Of a DNA stretch of 64,000 nt, positions 20,646-31,649 are shown piece after piece. The notes beneath the pieces are model-generated. The model was not told the origin of the DNA. It worked only from the letters and a program-made list of their open reading frames with translations, and ran no database searches. This DNA is from Amphiscolops sp. MND2022. Lineage: Eukaryota. The stretch lies in NCBI GenBank assembly GCA_964187785.1, contig OZ076409.1, forward strand, positions 54,996,001-55,060,000. Reading direction: 5' to 3'. Each line of letters starts with the position of its first letter. Position 1 is the stretch's first letter. The translations under genes and the position numbers were made by a program.

Positions 20646-22049
20646 CGGCCAGGGTATTAGCTGCCAAAAGAGCTTCGGCTGAGTCGACACGCAGCTCCAT
20701 CCATCCTACTGTTCGAAAACTGTCTGAGTATTAGTAAAGTTCAGCTGTTCATATCAACAGACCTCCAAGAAAGTTGAAATTGAAAAACTTCCACGATTGT
20801 TCTGATAATTTTTTTGTGATCCAACGGTGAATGCTCAAAAAGCAATAAATCAATTTTAAAAATTCGATGTTTCTCGCTAGCTAACCTTGGACTGTCTATG
20901 TCAGAGTCTTTGCCCAGTAAACCCAAGGAAGTGGCTTCGTGTAGAAGTTCTTTTTCTGTCAAGGGAGGCCGTTTGAAGCTCGAGGGCCCACAAGACAGTT
21001 CACTTGACATATTGCTGTAAAAGGAATATGTACTGTAATTGCAAATTATATCTTGTTGTACAAGTTTTTGAAGAAATAAGGAAATTAGGGAACCCGATCA
21101 GTTCAATTATATGTTATCTGCATCACAGTAGTTTCCTTCAAGTGTATAATATCTGGAAGATCTTGAAAAATTATGCCAGATGAGAACCAATATCGGGCTA
21201 AGATACTGAAGAAGCATAGGTTACAATATCGTGAGTTGCAACCCTGATCATGCAATATTGTTTTACATGCATATGAATTCATATAATAATTTCATGCCAT
21301 TTCCACGAATGGAATCGCGTGGATTGATATGGTTCGATTAAATCCAAAAGTGGTAGTTTTGACCCTGATTGACATCGGCAGCTTTCGCGGTGGCAACCCG
21401 TGGGCCACCGATAGATATGATGCAATTTTGGAATAATGCGAAGACCGAGATGCAAAAATATTAATCTGTTTTCCGACAACCTTGGCGTGAACATTTCGTT
21501 TTTTTATGACTAGGTGTGTTATGACTCGGTAGACAAATGATGGACTATAAGCTTTGTTTCTTGATTGTAAAAACTTGAAACAATAATCGTATGTTTCGCA
21601 TTCGGAATTGAATGGAGGCGAAGTTCTCGGCGAACGATTACATAACATTATTTCGCTTCATCTTAACGAAAGGGCTACCTTGATGCTACAAAGGTTCAGA
21701 ATTGTAGTGGCAATGAAATGAAACAATGGAAAACTGAAAAACTAGTTCTTACAGTTTCTATAACAAAGCTTACGCAGAAATATTAACAAGACGAAAACAT
21801 CTCAAGTCGGTGCCACGATGAAGGTTCTAAAATTGATACGTTTATCAAATATGCTACCATGATGATTTGTTGAATTTTCTAAAACAAATTACCTCCCCAA
21901 AAACACACTTCACGCTTAAAAAGTTTTCTTATAACTGAAATGAACAAAAAATAAAAAGAACACCCTCAGAATAAATTCAAAATTCAAAAACGTCAGACGG
22001 AATCAATATTATCTTTCAGCGAGGCCCCCCTTCCCGAGTTTTGCTAAGA

Positions 22050-23040
22050 TAATAGGTAATTTTCAAATCGCTTCATGCGGTGTGCTGTATTGAAATATCG
22101 GAATGTGATTGCCGGTCGAACCACAGTATCAGACTTGTGCTACATTGTTTTTGCACATATATCTTTTTGTTTTACAATTCTAAGCTTGACGATCCCAATA
22201 TAAGTAAATTTTCTTTCCCATAAAAGTAAAGTTTTTGTAATCATCACACTACTTCCAGAAGTTCCAATTCACCAATGGTTTGATTTAGTCTCGTTTAGAT
22301 ATCAACTTCACTATGCAATCGGTTCGATATTTCTGTCGCCCTGCTTCTATCAACGTGTAATACTGAGTCCGGTTGTGCAGGCATCCGATATTAAACTGTT
22401 ATCTTTGTCTTTCGCATAGTGTGCTAACCATTGTCTTTCGGTTAACATTTTTTTCAACATTTCGAAATCTTTTTTATCTTTGCCCAGTTCCAGGGTTCGC
22501 CTTTCTTCTATCGCCTTCTTAGTCGGCCGGTTTCTAAGCCGTTTCTAAGCCAAAAAATTTTTGGTTAGAAATTTGCATTAATGGTATGGCTCCATTGAAC
22601 GGTTTTGTCTCCTTGGTATGTTCCGACGGTTTCGATATCACTATTGCGTTCATTTTTTTCAATTGGTTTGATTAACTTTTCATCCATTTCGAGTCCAAGA
22701 ATTTTGCTCGCTTCATAAAATTCGCAGCTTTTTTCTTTGGCTTGCTCAGTATCCAGCTTTTTCTACGTTGTTCAGGACGTTGAATAGTTTTTTTCTCATG
22801 CACTTCCCCGAGCTACCACTTTCATTTTATCAAGCCAGAAGGGTATACAGAGTTTGTATTCGGTCAGTTTTTTCTTGGAATCTCGTCGGTATATCGGCAC
22901 TGTTCGGTCATGGGTAGTTTCTAACAGTTCCCCCATGTTTGCCATGCGTGGCCTCAAATCTATTGCCCGAATTTTTCCTTCTTGTGTACATCTTCATGTC
23001 AGTTTGTTATGTTTTGTATCGCGTCGAGGTTTATTGTTGT
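22050..23040 (-). pseudogene. pol: Heavily decayed Gypsy RT/RNase H fragment from another family
   Basis: Minus strand reads FEMLKKMLTERQWLAHYAKDKDNSLISDACTTGL...IEPIA...IGELELLEVV with many stops; boundaries approximate. Confidence 0.65.
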
Positions 23041-23140
23041 ATTTCTAGTCCGACAGCATTAGTGTTAATTTTGATCCAATTTCAATGATAAAATCCTTCT
23101 TTTCTTCGTTTGCTTTATCTATCGCGTTGTAGTGCTGGTG

Positions 23141-24100
23141 TTTTTTAGTCGGCGTTTTTCGATTAAGGAAAAGTACTCGACTCTTACAATGACTAGTTTG
23201 CTTGTCAGCCTCACTCTGAATGGTCCATTTTTTGTGCACGGTGGACTTTCAACAATTACTTAGTGTTTGATTTTGAACGCATCTGAAGCGTCTAATATGA
23301 GTCACAAAACATTTCCAAAGAAGAAGAGTCGCCCTTTTCGTTGCTATGAGACTTTTTTGGAAACTGTTTTCATTGCGCAAAAAGATATCCCCTTCAGTTC
23401 TTTATACTGTTTCAAGTTTTAATGTGTTTAGTGGGAATACAGTGGTCATAGGTTCGAATCTCTGCTTCAGCGAGGAACCTTTTTGTACATTTGCAAAACT
23501 GGACGAGACTAAATGGTCCCTGTTTCGTTTTTAGTCGGCGCTTCATGAAGTAAAACGCGACTATTTCAGTGGTGACTCTTTTTTACAATCCACACGAACT
23601 GACCAAAATAGTTCTTGAAAGTTCTACGAAACTTTATGGTGTCAAATTGAATCATTTGGCCTAGCGAACTGAGCCAAAAAGGTTTTTCCTTTTTTTCCGC
23701 GTAACATACAATACCGGGAGATACTAAAGTCCCCGTTTCAGTTTTTGTCGGCATTGTGAGACTTTTTTTCGGAAAAAATGTTTCACCAAAGGGTCCCCCT
23801 TCGATTGTTAGATGTTTTGCAACAATGGATGTTGAAAAATGCGAAAGGGTCCCTCCTTTTAACGCGCCGATTCGGTCCAACCTTTTGGGTTTTTCAGGTA
23901 CTGTAAAAGAGAACACTTGACACTTTGAAGTCCGTTTGCTAGTTTTGAGCCTCAGATATGTATGGCGCCGACTTATGCCGTTCCCGGCTTGTTTTGGCTT
24001 TGTGAGACTTTTTCTAAAATTTTTATTGGCTCCAAATGGTCCTCTTTTCAATTTCCTATATATTTTGCAACAAGCTGGATTTTCAAAAAGCCCAAAGGCT
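23141..24100 (+). mobile_element. Helentron-associated (HINE/DINE-like) repeats, with a complete-looking inner copy at 23529-23992
   Basis: 5' end TTTTAGTCGGCG; 3' end GGCGCCGACT (subterminal inverted repeat) followed by a short GC-rich tail and CTTGTT; T-rich flanks; same ends recur at 29684-30045 and inverted near 21785-21830. Confidence 0.55.
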
Positions 24101-24773
24101 CAAAAAATGCTCTCTATCATGTTCGGTAATCGTTTTAATGATGAGAAATTCGGTTCAATTTGTTAAAAATTGACTGACTGTGCTATGTTCTATTCTAGGG
24201 CTACGATTAGGGTAAACACTATTTTCTAAAATAAGTTTCTTCACGGAACAACTGTACTAGTACAAGTTTGTGGCAACAAATAAATTGGCTAGATCTAAGT
24301 TTTTTTTGAGTTTGTTCATCAACAACTCGTTGGTATGCTAGACCGAAATTTCAAAACGTAAAACTATTCACAACAATTGACAATTGAGCTTGGTATTCTT
24401 GAATTTTATTGACCTTAGTGATTTTCTGGGCCTTAAGCGTGGGGCTCCAGACGCAACTACCCAAGATTTGAGCTGATGAAAAGTCTCAAATTGTCAATGC
24501 TCTGAGAATCCATGTTTGATGAATAAAAATCCTTAATTTAATTTTCAAAAATAAATTGTTTTAGGGTGAGTGTCTGAAAAAGAATTTCCGGCAGCATTTT
24601 TGATTTGAGGTATTGTTTCGGTATCCATGTGTGAATTTGTTCCCATCGCAAGAACAGGCCTTGTCCTGCTGAGTCAGATGATTATTCTTTAAAATACAAA
24701 AAAATCAAACGATTCACAACACCCTAAATTTTTGATTGTTACGAACAAAGTAAGCAAAAGGGTGGCCTGCCTG

Positions 24774-26068
24774 CAGGGCTTTTCAATAAATTAATTGTCT
24801 TGCAATATCTTGCAATATTTTTATTGCAATATATTTATTGGGGATAGTAAAAGACAGCAATAATATTGCGATGTATTGCAATATATTGGATTTAAAAACA
24901 AATTTAAAAATCTTTCTTGTGGAGCATTAATTTTTACAAGATTTCGATTCGATATAATTTCAGACTGAAATGAAATCTCCAGGTTGAAAATACAATTCTC
25001 AAAAAAGTTCGCAGTTTTCCCATTCAATTCCTGTTTTGATATTTCTCGCAAATATATAACATCCCCTGTGAGAAGATAGCCAACCACATTATAAGCCTAC
25101 TTAGATTTTTCTCAGAAGCAGTTTTCTACACAGATCACATAAAGCAAGCAGATCACATAAAACAGCACATAAATATTAAAAATGCCTACTAAAATTTGTA
25201 ACAGCGCGATTGTTATGACTTTCTACAATTTTGAAGGCAGGCGGTTTGAAAAAAGTATGCTTAGTGTTTTATAATAACAAATATCGCCTTTTTAAATTTG
25301 ATAACAAATGTTGCTGTTTCAATTTGATTACACGCCTCACGTTCTGTCAATTTCAACCCCCCCCCCCCCCCGCAGTAAGCGCGGAAATTTTAATTCCCCA
25401 CCACTATCAGCGATGAGTTTTAGTTGCAGTTTAGGGTCTTCTTTAATTTTTCATCCAAATGTTTTGAAAATCAGATTTCAAACCGCCTGATCAAAGATTT
25501 GGAAAACCAGTACGAATGCATTTGTGGAAACAAGCGTCAAGGAAATAAAAACTCTGGATGGAGCAATTTACTATCGCATATGTTGATAGACAGACAAAGT
25601 TGATTCACCAATTGAAAATTTAGGTGACACAGTTTCGTCCATAAAGGAAGAATTAGCAAAGAGATGTAAAAAAATCCTTGGAACATAGAAGCAAATACTG
25701 TAATACTGATTTTTTAATTGTAACTTCAAATGTTGCAGAAAGCTTCTTTAGCATTGCAGGTTATTGTTACTAAGATTTACGTCAGAGCTTGTAACCTTCA
25801 AATGCAGTTATTTGTTAATTATAATCAAGATTTTTGGGATATTAGCAGCTTATATACTGCTATTCATACTGACTCAAACTGTTCAAATGCATATTTGAAG
25901 TTTTTTGTTGATATTTAATGAATAAAAAGCTTTTTACTTGTTTTTCTCTCCAGTGTCTTCAAGTTCAGCATATTGTAATTTATTTATTTTTGACAATATT
26001 TATTGCAAATATTTATTGGAAATATTTTGATCCAAAATAATATTGCAATATCACTTTGAAAAGCCCTG
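24774..26068 (+). mobile_element. Internally deleted hAT DNA transposon
   Basis: Perfect 13-bp TIRs CAGGGCTTTTCAA; TATTGCAATA subterminal repeats; BED remnant YECICGNKRQGNKNSGWSNLLSHM (about 25510-25580) and SNVAESFFSIAG (about 25725-25760); TSD matches poorly. Confidence 0.8.
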
Positions 26069-27008
26069 ATGACCTGAGAGCTTTCAAAATCGACTTGGAG
26101 TTTATTTTCTATTATTTTCAATGCCTTTTCAAAATTCAAAATTTCAAAACTAATTTCAAGTCTAAAATTTCATCAAAACTAATTATACGAAGTAAGCCTA
26201 ATCAACTAACTGAATCTAATTTGGGAGATACTCACATCGTAGTGAAGTTTCCAATTTCTTCCTCAGTGGCCAACATCTATCTGTTTGAAGGAAATTTTAT
26301 TGTTGTTTTGTGTAGTTTCGATCACATTTGCGTATTGAATATTGTTATTCAATGTGGTCAATGACGTTGGTGAAAACAAATATTCGATGGAAAATCTCGT
26401 TGAGTAAATCCATTTCACCACTCTGTTTGTCTAGCTCTGTCGCCAGTTGGTTCGTTATGCTAAGAACTTCTAAGCTGGGCTAAAATAAGAATCAGAAGTT
26501 TATTGTGAACTCTGTAGATCTACATTATTTGTACATCATGATCTGTAATATTTTGTGACAGCAAATGTACAGTACTGTGATTCAAAAAAAACATCACCCG
26601 AGCAATTTTATGCTTAATCGCTTCGTAGAATTTCATCCATTTTACTTGTTTTTTAATACTAAGACAAAAATAGTGAAAGTTGAGCAAAGTTGTAACTTTT
26701 CGGTGTTTTCCAAATATTGTCTTTCCTTTATTGGCAAGCTTCATACTCGATTTGCTCCCCCACATCTTTTGGAGCCATGGATATTTCGGAAATGACCGAC
26801 TGCTTTCGTATTATTAGACTCGAAAGAAAAAATTTCCTAACTTTGCATTTATTCAGATAGGAAATTAGGTTTTCGCGTTGAAAATATGCGAATATTGTTT
26901 CACTTCGAAAATGTTCATGGCCGACAAATATACGAGTGGATTCTTGACAGCTTGCAGAATCCAAATAATTTCATTTTTCAGAACCTGCCCAAAACAGTGA
27001 AAAGACCC

Positions 27009-28782
27009 TGTGATGATCGGCATTCTCCTGTCTGTTTTCGTTTATAATGATGGTTTCGTCTAGTGTTTCATTAGCAATTCCGAGTGGAGTGTATGGTTGT
27101 CTTAATTCACTCATTTCAGATGGGCAAAACCGATCATCGTGATTTTTGTCTCTGTCTAATGTTGTTTTTGATGCGTGATTGTTCCTGAGACTTCTATTTT
27201 TCGAGTTAGACGGACCTGGCCTATTGTTCTCGGCATCCTCTGCATCATTTGCCAAATTGCTCTCTCTATTTGTTCTAATTTCTCTAAGTATCTCTTCGAA
27301 TTTACTATTCAGTTGCTGTTCAATTTGTGTCATCTTGTTACTGTTTTGTTCAATTAAACTCTGGGATAATACTTCTATTTCATTGCTGATTTGCGAAGGT
27401 TCTGTCAGCTCACTACTTAAGTTCCTGTCAAAAATGTTATTTACATTTTCAGAAACATCAACTAAAGTCGCATTACCTTGAGTGAAGCTTGTTTCTGAAG
27501 TATTCTCTTCTCTGTCCGATGACTGAGATTCTATCCTTCTTGAGCGTCTATTTCTTATGTTTCCCATGATGAAAACAGTGTTGAGAGTAGAAATCTTTGA
27601 ATTACAAAGAGATTTTGGTGAAATGAAATTGTGGAAGTTATCTATACAAAGAAAGAAAACCGCAAAGTTTGAGAACTGTAGGTATTTTGTGAAATTGAGT
27701 GACTGTGTTCTGCGTGAGATTTTTTCGAATGAATGTGGGGAAAAATGATTTCTTAGGGACTCTCTTCGAATGATTCTATTGGTTGGTATTTTTAGTAGCA
27801 TGACAATCAATTTTATACAAATCATCATACCGTCATGTTTCTAGGGTCAGGGATTAAAAAATAATTCATAACGTCATATCCCCAGAAGGTCTAAATATAG
27901 AACTGCCACATCAGCAAATTACTGTAGAAGCAATATGCGGATTATGACGTCCCGTCAGTATATCCGCATTTATACTGTTTTATGGAAACCGCATAATGCA
28001 GTATAATTTATCGGTGCTGTTCCACTGCAGTTCATTATGTTAATTATCAATTAAACATCATGCTGTTTTGAGATATTTCCGCATAATGCGGTGAGGAGGA
28101 TAAACGTGTATACAGATGTAGTCGTCATGATGTTTATACAATACTTCCGCATAATGCGGTAAGTAGCATAACTATCCGCACGTATGTAGTCATCATACTG
28201 TTTTTTAGCAAAAGCCGCATATGCGGCTTAGTAAGAACTGCACAAAGCAGTATAAACTGTCAATGAAGAGAAGTATGAGCACGGTATGCTGTTTCATGGG
28301 TAATTCATCATGCTGATCATGAAAGCTTCCTACATAGTCTTGCTACAAAAGCTCTTATTTTGAAAGCTATATCAAACTACAGTACACTCTTATGGGGTAA
28401 AATGGGAGTAAAAATAAAGGCTCGGCTTGGGTCAACTAGTAACATTGTCCCTAGAGACTAATTTATTTGGTCAAAGTTTTTTTCTCTTTTTCTTCCGATT
28501 TGCCAACGGTCAAACCGTTGTTATAATAAAATCAGCGGAGGCAACAAGGCGTCCAATTTAACATTAACGAACACTATAACACAAACGAATGCTAAGAAAA
28601 TAGCAAAAAGAACAAACATTCAAAACAATTATCTCAGTTTAGGTAACTTTAAATGTTTTTGAAGTTTGTACCACTGATGATGATTTGATTCGGATCTTCG
28701 GGTCTCAGGAGGTAGAAAGGAGCAAGTTGAACTGATCATCGGTGCTGCACTCCGGACATCTCGCAGGGGAAGCCCGGCGACA
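27009..28782 (-). repeat. 3' LTR of C (1774 bp)
   Basis: Direct repeat of 41906-43531; retains about 150 bp that the 5' copy has lost. Confidence 0.95.
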
Positions 28783-29683
28783 GTCCAGCATTTTTGAAGC
28801 AGATTAACGCAGCTCCAAATCCGTCCACAAAAGCCTTTGATCTGACGTTTCTGTCTTGGATTGTTTCATCAGGATACTCGGACCAAGCAACGTAGTTGGT
28901 CAATGTCTCTACTGCAATTTGGTCATAGGTTTTAGTACAACCTGGGAAATAACCTGCGACCTCGGGCATGACTGGAGGGTTCATTTGCAACAAGGTTCCG
29001 TTATGGGCGGGAACGTTGCTTGATGGTGGTGGTTGCATATTATGACCCAGTGTCCCATATCCCACATTGTTCCACGCATTAGGGTAGAACGGGATGGGCA
29101 TCGGCAAATACTGTGCTTGCTGTGTAGGACGAGGATTCGGGTCAGTTGTTCTCTGCTGCGGTGCTGTATACGCTGTAAAAGCGCTTGTTTGGCTGGGTAT
29201 AGTTGGTAGATTGGCATTAGGAGGCTGTGTCTCTTGTTGCTGTCTGAGCATAGGGCACACTCTCTGAGTAGGGCGACCATACGCGTTCCTTTGTACATTC
29301 GCGAAATTAGCCTCTGGGAAGGGGTTCATTTCTTCGTCGGAGGTTTCGATGAACGTTGTGGGTGAAATATCCGGTATGTCGTTCAGTAGATCCATCAACT
29401 CAGTTTCAATGGACGTTCCTCTTGTGTCTATATATCCTGTTGACCTGGCATCAACTGAATTGGTCACGAATAATGAGGCCTCTGCCGACCCCATGAAAGC
29501 AGTTGGCATGTTCGTGATCGATGATGGTGCAACTCTGAACCTATCTTCTAGTTTGGGCAAGGAGAAACGTTCCACCGTAAATCCTTCCTCAGAGCTACTG
29601 GAGATATTTATTAGGTCCAATGCTGTGTCAATTAAAATTGGGTCCCTCGTGTTATTGTTTCTTCCCACAGGTGTGCTGTCCAT
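28736..29683 (-). CDS. Accessory sense ORF3 of C (315 aa), ends inside the 3' LTR
   Basis: LDLINISSSSEE motif; Pro/Gln-rich middle; C-terminal CTKTYDQIAVE...AFVDG block shared with D. Confidence 0.78.
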   Translation of the reverse strand: MDSTPVGRNNNTRDPILIDTALDLINISSSSEEGFTVERFSLPKLEDRFRVAPSSITNMPTAFMGSAEASLFVTNSVDARSTGYIDTRGTSIETELMDLLNDIPDISPTTFIETSDEEMNPFPEANFANVQRNAYGRPTQRVCPMLRQQQETQPPNANLPTIPSQTSAFTAYTAPQQRTTDPNPRPTQQAQYLPMPIPFYPNAWNNVGYGTLGHNMQPPPSSNVPAHNGTLLQMNPPVMPEVAGYFPGCTKTYDQIAVETLTNYVAWSEYPDETIQDRNVRSKAFVDGFGAALICFKNAGLSPGFPCEMSGVQHR

Positions 29684-30045
29684 TTTTAGTCGGCGCCTTT
29701 TCCCTTAAGGAAAAAAGCCCGACTCTTACAGTGAGTAGTTTTTTTTTTCAGTTGACAATCTCACTCTGAGTGGTCCACTTTTCTTACAATTTTTGTTCAT
29801 CTTTCATATTTGTTCATCTTTCATCTTCGACCCAGCCGGAGAGCGTGGGTTCGAATCCCGCACTAAACCATAATTTTTTTAATGAGTTTTTCGGCATTGT
29901 GCGACCTAAAAAATACTTTTTTTCGAAAAAAAATCAAAATTTTTTTTGAAAAAAAATTTTTTTTTTCCAAATTTTTCCAATACTTGTACCTTGAATATTT
30001 TTGAGCCTAAGATATGGCGCCGACTTGGGACGTTCCCGTCTTGTT
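29684..30045 (+). mobile_element. HINE-like insertion containing a tRNA-like B-box fragment
   Basis: AGTCGGCGCC ... GGCGCCGACT inverted pair; terminal GGGACGTTCCC hairpin; GGTTCGAATCCC near 29848-29859. Confidence 0.6.
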
Positions 30046-31649
30046 ATGTTTTATCAAATCAAATGGAATAAACGGTTCAAATTGTTATACAATTTTGAAT
30101 CAAGAATTGCTACAAGATTAGAAAGTTGTAAGGCGAAGATCAACTGTTTTCAGAAAATTTAAGACCAAAATGGTGAGGTTTTCTAGATTTTTGTAGGTTT
30201 ATGGGTTTTATATAAATTGCTCCAACACATTTTCGCGTTACCCTTTTCCCGGTTTTTGGATAATTATCAAATAATTTATGGAAATCTAGCATCATCGAGT
30301 TTCTTTAATTGATCATCAATAACTGTTGATTTTCAGAGTTTCTTTCATATATTGCCGGTAGCTACCCCATATAGGGTAACTGAATTTTAATTACTCATCA
30401 TCAAAATACATTATGGTTGTAGTCCATTCAGATTCATCATGTGAAGATTTCACACTTTGTTGTATGAATCATCTTTCTCAAAATTGTGGAATTTCATTCT
30501 TTCACTAGTAGATGTGTAATATTCAACTCAGCAGTATTAGTAGTGGTTCACATCATAAACTGCTTACAGAAAACATTATAATGCATCATAATTTCTCATA
30601 TCACCGTTAATACTTCACCATGCTGTCTTTTATATTTTTTCGCATAAACACTTTATGCAGTTTCACTTTTAATTCCGCATAATCCCGTTATGCTGCATTG
30701 TTACATTTCCTTCTCTATACTATAACACATTGTTGTTCGCGATAGCGCAGGACCATTATGTTGTTTCTAATACAAAACAGCATAGTGCACTTTCACTGTA
30801 GCAGTGTGTTGCGTGTTAATACGCAAAGTCCGTCAGTTTCCTTATATGGTATGGATTCCTCCAATTTAGTCATTCTGGCAGAAATGGCCAAACTGAGTAC
30901 TTGCTTTTGACCAATCAGATTTGAGATACACTGAAAACGCCATTATTGACGTCATCCATTTGCTTTATTGCCTTCTCGTTAATTGCCACGCCTTCTGTTT
31001 CCAGTTGCTTTGATAATTTTGATTTCTTGATAATTTCAATCTACACTATTAATTCTCAGTCTTCATAGTTTTTACAATTTTTCAGAGTCTTCAAGTCATT
31101 TGTAGTTCCGTCATCTTTATTTTCTCACATTTCTAGTTCGAATTATCCAATTCCGCTTTCCCAATTTGTTATCCTGGATTAGTTTTGTTTGGTTTTCATT
31201 CTTCCAACACTGCCATTTTCACAGACCTTTTGTTTTGCAATTGACTACAGCGTTTTGCAGTTTGTGTTATGGATCCACTGGGTGAAGCGATGTCTGGCTA
31301 CAAGGAAGGAACCGATTTGCCAACACATGGTTTGTATATTTCCAACCTTTCTTTAATAGATGAAAATATCTCGGTATTTGGTTTCATATTGGACTTTCAC
31401 AAGTGTCGCTTGAAGACTTCCTGTTTCCGTCGCTGAACAAATTTTATTTTCACATCCGCTCTCTACAGGTCCATTTTCAGATTTTCTGTTTCAAGTTGTG
31501 AACAATTTTTTCGAGTTAACTCTGATTTCAAAGTAGGAAGTGATCAGTTTCCCACAATTTAGTCGGATAATATCTGTTTTCAAGTTGATTTTCATCGACC
31601 TTTGTCATCTTTATTTCCGATTCTTTATGTGTTCCAGCTCATACCGATT

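Noticed and set aside
20700..21700. Possible host exons (ORFs 20741-21010 and 21292-21648)
   Set aside because: No recognisable motif or consistent splice structure; cannot be supported without a search
23566..24166. ORFs 23566-24051 and 23936-24166
   Set aside because: Chance frames within a non-autonomous repeat; no recognisable domain
29826..29872. tRNA gene
   Set aside because: Only a T-arm/B-box-like piece inside a repeat; no full cloverleaf
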